NCBI GenBank assembly: GCA_020184695.1
Contig: JAANOX010000149.1
Span: 1-64,000, forward strand
Source: Histomonas meleagridis 2922-C6/04-290x
Lineage: Eukaryota; Protista; Parabasalia
DNA: 64,000 bases
Direction of reading: 5' to 3'
The notes beneath the pieces were generated by a model. It was not told the DNA's origin and did not search any database. It saw only the letters and a program-made list of their open reading frames with translations. Position numbers and translations under genes: made by a program. Of the stretch, positions 55,775 through 64,000 are shown piece after piece; position 1 is the first letter of the stretch, and each line of letters begins with the position of its first letter.

Positions 55775-56959
55775 ATGGTTCGTCGTTCCAAACCAAATTA
55801 TTTCTTCATTTTCATTTTCGCTTGTTACATTTATATTCTTACATTTCATAAGGAGCCAACAGTCCAATTCCAAGCGACATCATCAGATTTGATCATTCAT
55901 TCACCAAAGAGTGACTCTTTAAATTTAGATTACAAGCCACAAACAGAACCTACGCCAACGCCCGAACCTAAAGATCCCAATGACATTGATGTAGACATTG
56001 TCTATACATATGTTGATGGCGATGATCCAGTTTGGCAAGCAAGAAAGAAGAAAGCGGAAGAACAATTCGGAATCAAGTCCAGTGCGAAATTAGACAAAGC
56101 GCGTTACATTAACATCGAAGAGATTCGTTACTCACTTCGAAGCGTCGAATTATTTGCGCCGTGGGTGCATCACATATTCATTGTCACTGATAACCAAACG
56201 ATTCCATTTGTGAAACGGAATCATCCGAAGATTACATACATTGATCACACGCAAATCCTTCCGAAGTTTGCATTACCTGCATACAGTGCATATGTAATCG
56301 AACACGGCCTTATAAATGTTCCCGGATTGTCTGAGTACTTCATATATTTGAACGACGACTTCTTCTTTTCAAGGCCAACAACGAAATGGGAATTCTTCGA
56401 TAAGGAAACACATCTTCCAATTATCTATGCGAAAAAGAACAATTGGTACAATGTGCATCGACAGTATAATATTTACAGACGTTCAAATATTAATGACGGT
56501 GACGGCGAAGAGTTTTGGGCTTCGATCCATTACACAGTTAGCGCATGTAGTAATAAGACGAGAGCGCCACCGAGAGGCGAAGTGCCGCATACTATGTTTG
56601 CTTCGACATTGACATTGTCGCGTAAGATGAACCAATTGTTTACTTACGAAATTAACGACACGTTGAAGAAGCATTTTCGTATTTTCCCCGATTTTCAGTA
56701 TCAACACGCGGTAATGCAAACATGTGTAGCGTATAGAGATTTATGTAAATACGTGGAATTGGAAGGAAGCGCTTTATACGATAATTCGCGTTTCTTTTAT
56801 TACAAAGGAAGAGATAACCCGTTCGAAGGAATAAATCCAAAAAATTCGCGATCAATTTGCATTAATTCTGCGTTAGGTGTCACTGAAGAATATTATAGAA
56901 ATGCAAAGAAATTCTTAGAAAGTTTCTTATCGAAGAAATCAAGTTTCGAATCAGATTAA
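55775..56959 (+). CDS. Stealth-family hexose-1-phosphate transferase, copy 2
   Basis: Same CR1-CR4 motifs; tandem paralogue of 53831-55012. Confidence 0.9.
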   Translation: MVRRSKPNYFFIFIFACYIYILTFHKEPTVQFQATSSDLIIHSPKSDSLNLDYKPQTEPTPTPEPKDPNDIDVDIVYTYVDGDDPVWQARKKKAEEQFGIKSSAKLDKARYINIEEIRYSLRSVELFAPWVHHIFIVTDNQTIPFVKRNHPKITYIDHTQILPKFALPAYSAYVIEHGLINVPGLSEYFIYLNDDFFFSRPTTKWEFFDKETHLPIIYAKKNNWYNVHRQYNIYRRSNINDGDGEEFWASIHYTVSACSNKTRAPPRGEVPHTMFASTLTLSRKMNQLFTYEINDTLKKHFRIFPDFQYQHAVMQTCVAYRDLCKYVELEGSALYDNSRFFYYKGRDNPFEGINPKNSRSICINSALGVTEEYYRNAKKFLESFLSKKSSFESD

Positions 56960-57644
56960 ATATTATGTAAATCAAAAATTAATTTTTGAAATGTTGTTCC
57001 AAAAAGAAGTTATGATACTTTTCACGTAATGTATACAATTATGATATTATTATGTGAGTATTATAAAGATCCATGGAAATGCTTGATTTTCTATTAGGAT
57101 ATCCGTTAGCAGAAATTTGAGTAGTAGCCAATATTAATGCTTAAATTAGTTGAGTATAATTTTTGGTTTCATTAAATTTTAAATGTAAATGTGAAAATTT
57201 GCAATTGATTAGAAGCTTTAAGATAATATTTAATAAAATTATGTTTATAATGTATTAGAAATAGGTAAATAAATGTACCCATGATTTAAGCTTTAATTAA
57301 GTAAAGCTTCACGATAAAGTGGAAGTATATCCAATAAGGAAATAATGCATATATTAATAGAAATCGCTTTTTAATATTTAAAATGACTTGCCAAGGACTA
57401 ATCAGTAATAAAAATCCAATTTGCTAATAAAATAGATTTACTGTGATCTTTCAACTTCATATTCAAAATCTACGTTTTCTATTTCTTTAATAAATTCAAT
57501 TTAAACTGTATCCAAACAGTTGCCAATGAATAATTTATTTTTATTCAATATTAGACGAAATAAATTGCAATCGAAAACCATGAATTTGAATTGTTTGAAT
57601 CCCTTACTATCACCCAAAAGCAAAAATGACCGTTAGTTTTTCCA

Positions 57645-58433
57645 ATGTTGATTAGCACTGCTAAAATCAAGATTTATATATTGCTTTTTATTCTTATTTC
57701 CTTTAATATTATTTACACAAGGTTATTTCCTTTTCAAGGGGGACAGTCGGATCTACATATAAAATTAAATTCAAAACGAAACCATGTTCTAATTGTTTAT
57801 CATTCTTGTGAAGTAAATAAACATCCATGGTCTTATTTCAAATCCAAATGGCCACTTTACAAAGCCTCTTGTACATCAGAACATTATCATGATTGCTATG
57901 AAGGAGTTCCATATATTGACTTTCTGATTAAAGCTTATGATAATCCTCCAGCAGATATTATTATATTTTCACATGCACATGATTATTCATGGCATTACTC
58001 ACGAAACTTTTGGGATCAAATTAACGATTTAATTGGTACTCCTTACTTTGAAGAAACAAAATATGGCGGTATTTGGCATGATCATTGGAACCATGGGCCA
58101 GATCCTTATCAACCGAATCGAGGTGAATCATGGTATGTACCTGCATATGAAGCTGTTTATAATGGTACTACTATGCCACATGTAAATGTTAGTGTGAATA
58201 ATATCTTTCCATGTTGTAGTGCTATATTTTTCAAATCAGAACTTATTCAAAGCCGACCAAAAGAAGAATATATTAAAATCCGTAACAATCTAGTCAGTTG
58301 GAGTAAAAGTCATACACATCTGGAAAGGCCGCCTGGTTATTATTGTGGAAGAGTCATGGAATTTACATGGCATATATTACTAGCTAATAAAACCAATATT
58401 TTATCAATTAAAGAATGGAAAAACTCAACATAA
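57645..58433 (+). CDS. DUF3431-like type II membrane protein (putative glycan-modifying enzyme)
   Basis: YIDFLIKAYDN...IIFSHAHDYSWH, PCCSAIFF...IQSRPKEEY, GRVMEFTWHILL. Confidence 0.65.
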   Translation: MLISTAKIKIYILLFILISFNIIYTRLFPFQGGQSDLHIKLNSKRNHVLIVYHSCEVNKHPWSYFKSKWPLYKASCTSEHYHDCYEGVPYIDFLIKAYDNPPADIIIFSHAHDYSWHYSRNFWDQINDLIGTPYFEETKYGGIWHDHWNHGPDPYQPNRGESWYVPAYEAVYNGTTMPHVNVSVNNIFPCCSAIFFKSELIQSRPKEEYIKIRNNLVSWSKSHTHLERPPGYYCGRVMEFTWHILLANKTNILSIKEWKNST

Positions 58434-58518
58434 CAATAGTTTTCTTTCCCATAAAATTTAAATTATGAAAGATTTGTAATAAAAATAAAATAAAAATCAT
58501 ATTTGCAAATACAAAATA

Positions 58519-59505
58519 TTATAAATTTTCATTAGTTTCACTATATATACTTTTTCTTTTGCCCTCATTTATACTCATTATTCCTTGCAATATGACAATT
58601 CGTTGTTTAATTCTTCTTAATGTTCCGCCTGCTGACAATGAATTTCCATGCGCTTCTAAACTTTTCATTATGTTCTTTAATGTTTCATCATCTTTTATGA
58701 AATTACTTCTTGCAAATTCGATTTGTTGTTTCACTTCTGTAACGTTATCGAAACATTTTGGAATTGAAGTTAATTCTTTTCCGAAAATTAATTCTTCGGT
58801 GAATTTAACAAGCATTTCATTACGTAAGTTATTACAGAACAAAGAAATGAAGTTTGTGATGTTCGCCGCAGTAAAATTTCGATATGTGATTACTCGTGAT
58901 GCAAATTGATTAACAAGAAGAAGTGATGGAAATACTTGAATTGTGTACATTTGGATAAGGGTGGACGTGTCAGACTTGTTAAGATATGTTGGAATGATGT
59001 TGGAGTCTGTGGATAAAAGATCAAATATTAATTCTGTAAAGGGAGGTAAACGTGTACTATTGGCAATAGAAATAACAACACACTTACCAAGATCAGATGA
59101 TTCAATAACAGAGGATAAGCTCATTTGTGTAACATTGGAAAAGTTAATTGGAGAAGGAATGTTTGTATGCTTTGTAATAAATAAACTAAGTGATTTAGCT
59201 GAAGGATAGTCAGTAAACCTATAATGTTTATCGCATCTTTCATCACAAAGAACAACTTGAGGTACACCATATGCAGAATGAGAATGACAAAACCATGTAT
59301 ACTTATTGCAATCTATAGAGTAAAAAGAAATATTCGGCTCATCTCTAAATAATAAAGATACTCTTTCAAAAGGAAAAGTATAAGGAAAACATGTTGTGCA
59401 ATTTGGCTTTTTAAAATATGTTAAATGCCATTTGGTTGGTGATGAGAAAAAAAATGGTCTTTCGAGTACTCCATAAATTGTTAACCCGAAAAAGACCGAA
59501 ATCAT
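58519..59505 (-). CDS. Thioredoxin/PDI-like secretory protein with ERp29-like helical C-terminus
   Basis: Signal-like start; KPNCTTC, SIDC, YGVPQV; second degenerate Trx (IQVFPSLLL); RIKQRIVIL. Confidence 0.6.
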   Translation of the reverse strand: MISVFFGLTIYGVLERPFFFSSPTKWHLTYFKKPNCTTCFPYTFPFERVSLLFRDEPNISFYSIDCNKYTWFCHSHSAYGVPQVVLCDERCDKHYRFTDYPSAKSLSLFITKHTNIPSPINFSNVTQMSLSSVIESSDLGKCVVISIANSTRLPPFTELIFDLLSTDSNIIPTYLNKSDTSTLIQMYTIQVFPSLLLVNQFASRVITYRNFTAANITNFISLFCNNLRNEMLVKFTEELIFGKELTSIPKCFDNVTEVKQQIEFARSNFIKDDETLKNIMKSLEAHGNSLSAGGTLRRIKQRIVILQGIMSINEGKRKSIYSETNENL

Positions 59506-59654
59506 TCAGCGCAAAGAAAACGTTTAATGAAAACAGAGACCGTTAAATACACAAAACATTTGATAAGTTTACAATTCCCAGTTTTGAGAGCTTAATTGGT
59601 TGAAATGATGAAAAGTGATATGAAATAAAACCAAAAATTATTGCTGTAAATTCT

Positions 59655-60725
59655 TTAGAACTTTCCAAGGCGGTGGAAGATATCAGCGCAGCGGCAGCTG
59701 TACATCCATTCGTTATCGTACCATGAGAGGACCTTGACGAGTGAACCACCATCTGGGTTTGGAAGGACCATGGTTGAAAGACCATCAACGATTGATGAGT
59801 GTGGGTCATCAATGATATCGGATGAAACGAGTGGTTCCATTGAGAACTTCATGATTCCCTTAAGTTGTTCAGATTCGCAAGCCTTCTTAAGAACTTCGTT
59901 AACTTCTTCCTTTGTGACTTCCTTCTTAACATTCATTGTGACATCGACGAGTGAGCCAGTGATTGTTGGGACACGGAGTGAGAGACCGTCCATGGACTTT
60001 GGTGGGAGTGCTTTGACAACACGTGGGAGGGCGATGGCAGCACCAGTGGATGTTGGGATGATGTTCATGCAGGCAGCACGAGCACGGCGGAGATCCTTGT
60101 GCATAACATCGGTAACGACTTGATCATTTGTGTATGAGTGGACTGTGGTCATGAAACCGTTCTTGATGCCGAAGGCGTCGTTGATTGTCTTAGCAACTGG
60201 GGCAAGGCAGTTGGTTGTGCATGAGGCGTTTGAGATGCATTTTGTTTCTGGTTTGAGATCTTCATCATTAACACCGAGAACAAGTGTGCATTCGATTTGG
60301 TCTTGGGATGGAACAGAAAGAACAACCTTCTTGGCACCAGCGATGATGTGACCATCATAGCCATCCTTTGTAACCTTGCCATCTTCAACGACAGCCTTTG
60401 TACGGAAGATACCGGTGGATTCGAGAACAACATCAACACCTAATTCCTTCCATGGGAGTTGGGATGGGTTAAGACGACCACCAAGATTCTTGACGGTCCA
60501 TGCGTTTTCGCCTTCACCAACTTGGAATGTATCATCACCAGTGATCTTGATTTCTTCTGGGAACTTTCTGTGGGCTGTATCATATTTGAGAAGATGAACG
60601 TTGGTCTTCATGTCACAAAGATCATGGATGGCAACAACTTGAACTTCGTTTGGATAGAGAAGACGGCATGCACGGAAAACAAGACGTCCAATACGACCGA
60701 AACCATTAATGGCAACTTTAACCAT
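59655..60725 (-). CDS. GAPDH: Glyceraldehyde-3-phosphate dehydrogenase, parabasalid (eubacterial-like) type
   Basis: INGFGRIGR, SNASCTTNCLAP, HKDLRRARAA, RVPTITGS, WYDNEW; strong GC-biased codon usage. Confidence 0.99.
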   Translation of the reverse strand: MVKVAINGFGRIGRLVFRACRLLYPNEVQVVAIHDLCDMKTNVHLLKYDTAHRKFPEEIKITGDDTFQVGEGENAWTVKNLGGRLNPSQLPWKELGVDVVLESTGIFRTKAVVEDGKVTKDGYDGHIIAGAKKVVLSVPSQDQIECTLVLGVNDEDLKPETKCISNASCTTNCLAPVAKTINDAFGIKNGFMTTVHSYTNDQVVTDVMHKDLRRARAACMNIIPTSTGAAIALPRVVKALPPKSMDGLSLRVPTITGSLVDVTMNVKKEVTKEEVNEVLKKACESEQLKGIMKFSMEPLVSSDIIDDPHSSIVDGLSTMVLPNPDGGSLVKVLSWYDNEWMYSCRCADIFHRLGKF

Positions 60726-60732
60726 TTTGCAA

Positions 60733-60737
60733 AGTGA
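60733..60737 (-). promoter_or_regulatory. Initiator (Inr) TCACT 7 nt upstream of the GAPDH ATG
   Basis: Minus strand AATTCACTTTGCAAAATG matches the trichomonad TCA(T/C)(T/A) Inr. Confidence 0.7.
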
Positions 60738-61253
60738 ATTGATACTATTGAATTTTTTTCTGAATTAACTCCTATCAAAATTGTGTGCTAATTGGTCGGA
60801 GATGCCGTGGCCGATCGCATAATTGAGTTCAAAAGTATCGGCGACCTATCATCCCATAAAAAACAGAATTATGGCTTCACCATATAGTTTTTTTGTGAAT
60901 TGAACGAATTAGTTCAATGTTTCTGAAAGGAAATAAATTGAAAATTCTTTGATAGAAATCGAAATAAAGAATTAGCCAAAGAAACGGTCATTTTAAATCA
61001 AAAAATTCATTTTTTCATTTTCCACTGAATTAAATTTCATGAAATTAAAATAAATTATCTTATATATCATAATCAATAAATTAATATGTATAAGTTTTAT
61101 TATATTACTCTTTTATGAACAATCTCCAAAATTTCAAAATACTTTTTTTGGCTTCAGAATAAAAAGCAGAAGCTCAAATTCAAGACATATGTGAGACTCA
61201 AGATACTTGATATTTTTTCTATTAATTTTAATAAATTTATTTTACCATTAATT

Positions 61254-62413
61254 AATAATGTTGGAGAGATTGAAAGTAATGCATTCAGTAATTGACCTTT
61301 TTTAACATCAGTAATAATTGGAGAGTCAGTTGAAAATATAAATAGTGGAGCATTCGCATAATGTAAATTAGAATATATACAATTTCTAGAAAAATTAATG
61401 AGTGGAATTGGAGATGGTTTTTATGAATATATTTCATTAATTAATATTACAATTCGTTGTAATAACATTGGTGGTAATGCATTTTTGAAATGTACAGGAC
61501 TTGTAACAATAACTTTAGATGTAGGCGTACGAAATATTGGATCTGATTCATTCAGAGGATGTACAAACCTTATGATTATTTATATACCAAGTTCTGTTTA
61601 TTCGATTGGAAATCCATTTTTAGAATGTACAAATCTTCAATTTATTAATGTTTCAGAAGAAAATATTGAATATTCGAATTATCAAAATGATGGCGTTTTA
61701 TATGATAAAGAAATTACACAAATTATTAGTTATCCGAATGGGAAAAGTAAAACATTTGCAATTCCTAATTCAGTCACTTTTATTATGAATAATACTTTTG
61801 CAAGTTGTATTAATTTAGAAAGAATTTTTATTTGTGAAAATGTTAATTATATTATTTAATGGTTGTTCTTCATTATCAAATATTACAATTCCTGATACTA
61901 TTATAGAAATTTATGACTTTGCATTTAATGGATGTAATTTTGTATATTTTAATATTCCTAAATCAGTTCAATATATAGGTACAAAAGTTTTCAGTTATTG
62001 TAACAATCTTCAAAATATTTATGTATCAATTGAAAATGAATTTTATTCCAATTATAATAAAGATGGAATTCTTTATAACAAAAATTTAACGACAATTAAT
62101 ATTTATCCAATTGGAAAAAACATTGAAACATTTAGAATTCCAACAACAATTGAAACAATATGTGAAAGAGCATTCTATGGTGTACTCATTTAGTAACAGT
62201 TTTCATTATGAAAATGTCAACAAAATCGAAAGCTATGCATTTGGAGATCGTGCAAATTTGAAATGTATTTATTATTATGGTGATATGGAACCAGAAACAG
62301 AATCCAATTCATTTTCAGGAGTTGGGATTTTTTTCTTATCACTAAATTTATTGATTGATCTTAGATATCTGAGCGAAGAGATCTACTCAAAAAAGATTAC
62401 ATACAAAATATAA
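61254..62413 (+). pseudogene. BspA-like (LRR_5) surface-protein pseudogene
   Basis: TpLRR repeats IGxxAFxxCxxLxxI.IP; in-frame TGA at 61293 and TAA at 61359; frameshifts near 61850 and 62185. Confidence 0.85.
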
Positions 62414-62649
62414 GTGATGCTTTATATTTTATTGCACTCTCTTAAAACCAACAAATAAAATGCTTTTTAATTCTGAAATTTATTTGAATTAAAACAAGAT
62501 ACATCATAATGTAAATCTTTTTGAATTTACGATCAAGTAATTATTATGATAATTTCATTCATAATTATAATGAAAACATAATAAAAAGTAAAATACAATT
62601 TATTAAAACAAAAAACACACATACTTAAAGAGTTGTGGAATAATATGTG

Positions 62650-63420
62650 CCACTTCTGCTTTGTATATCATTTTCATTATCATTGAGTATATTTATGAGC
62701 ATTTTGCTGTCTTCTTCCAAAATCTTTACTAAATTTGTAATTTCTTTTTGCACATTATTTGATAATATTTTCATTGCATAAGAAAAAATTATTTAATTCC
62801 ATATTTTCTATTTGCATATATTATATCGCTGAAATTATATCTCCGAATGATTTTATATTTAAAACATTCGAAATTTTTTTTATATATGTTTTCATATTTA
62901 TGTAATAAATTTCTTTGATTCGATATTTTTTCGAAAAAACAAAATTTGTTCAAAAATGATTTATTGTTTATAAACATTTTCGTTATGAACTTTTTTGCTT
63001 AATAAATTCATATGCTTTAGTTTCAATTTAACACAACATTTTTGTCGCGCTCATTATAAATGCTTTCAGTTTTTGTTCTTTATTAAATATTTCGTTTTGT
63101 AGTTCATTGATTAAACTTGTTCTTTAAATCATTGTTTTCTTCTTTAATAAAATCTTTTTGCTTGTTTTCATATGTTATTTTAGTTTGAATATCTGTTAAT
63201 TGTTTCTTCAAAATATCAGTATCATTTAGTAAATTTTCTTTTTCTTTAGCTAGAAAGAAAGAAATCAGCTAAATCAGCGAGCTTTATTTTTAATCTCTGA
63301 TTCTTTTTATTTAATTTTTCTTCTTCATTATATTTAACATAATTTTGTTTTTGAATTTCTTCCTAATGTTCAGTTCAATGAACATTGTTCATATCTTTCT
63401 TTTGTTCAAAACACAGAGAA
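62650..63420 (-). pseudogene. Decayed K/E/N-rich coiled-coil gene
   Basis: Minus-strand pieces such as EEIQKQNYVKYNEEEKLNKKNQRLKIK interrupted by stops and frameshifts. Confidence 0.45.
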
Positions 63421-63722
63421 TGTCATGAAATATTCCCCAGTATACTGGCTGAGCACGATTTCAAAGCCAATTTCATTGAATTGACCATCGATGTAAAAAC
63501 CGAATTTTCACCAAAAAAATTGAATGAAAAGTTTAATAATTATTGAATACATGTATTGTATATGTGTGTCATAAATAAACAACAGATCAAAGAGCTTGAA
63601 TTTAACCGTTAGTAATAGAAATTGGTATCAAAAAGCTGGTACGATACAAGTGGTTCTTTGTTTGGTCGGACCACCCCGAGCTTGGCGTACGTTATGCCCT
63701 TGTTGAGTTGACTTCACATTTA

Positions 63723-64000
63723 ATGTTATCCATTGCATCACGTTGCTCTGGAGGACTTTTTAGAGGATTTGCAATGACTCCAAATGCAAGCCAGTTAAAA
63801 ACAGAGAAAGAAAAGATGCTTGCTGGTGAAATGTATAATCCATCTGATCCAGAACTCTTATTCCTCAGGAAACAATGTCGCCAAAACATTGAAGAATTCA
63901 ATAAGTCAAGTGTTAATGATATGGGTGGAAGAAAGAAAGCAATGGCAAAATTATTTGGAAAAGACTATCCAGATTTATATATTGAACCACCATTTTATTG
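63723..64000 (+). CDS. Maltose/galactoside O-acetyltransferase (Maa/LacA-like) with hydrogenosomal-type presequence; runs off the window end and is absent from the ORF track
   Basis: MLSIASRCSGGLFRGF|AMTPNASQLKTEKEKMLAGEMYNPSDPEL...YIEPPFY; Inr TCAC at 63714. Confidence 0.85.
   Translation, partial: MLSIASRCSGGLFRGFAMTPNASQLKTEKEKMLAGEMYNPSDPELLFLRKQCRQNIEEFNKSSVNDMGGRKKAMAKLFGKDYPDLYIEPPFY

Noticed and set aside
59734-60737. Multiple antisense ORFs over GAPDH (also over RPS9, ABC, DOCK and importin)
   Set aside because: Expected shadow ORFs from codon bias; no independent protein signatures.
61254-61400. In-frame TGA and TAA in the BspA gene suggesting stop-codon reassignment
   Set aside because: Two different stops, each one substitution from the expected codon, plus frameshifts downstream. 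Conserved genes here end normally in TAA, TGA and TAG.

Overview
AT-rich, gene-dense eukaryotic genomic DNA from a parabasalid (Trichomonas/Tritrichomonas-like). Supporting signs: parabasalid-type GAPDH, Inr (TCA(C/T)T) and M3-like (RRCGGTT) promoter motifs, hydrogenosomal presequences, DUF3447-ankyrin and BspA families, and rare short GT-AG introns ending in ACTAAC-like...AG. The standard genetic code is used. The window has about 30 intact genes (trafficking, nuclear import, ribosomal proteins, metabolism, glycan modification), several pseudogenes and one inverted segmental duplication (16.3-18.7 kb vs 32.6-34.7 kb). Two hidden canonical introns were found (7665-7752 and 44391-44450). The most striking feature is an ankyrin gene at 50049-53038. 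Its 11 intact repeat blocks are each preceded by a stereotyped AT-rich spacer; six spacers are exactly 80 nt. The spacers break the frame or carry stops, almost all lack usable GT-AG ends and the branch motif, and they share a TGG motif at a fixed distance from the next coding block. The same architecture recurs in a second ankyrin gene at 28 kb. This is a candidate non-canonical intron or recoding system. All assignments come from reading the sequence by eye; no database searches were run.
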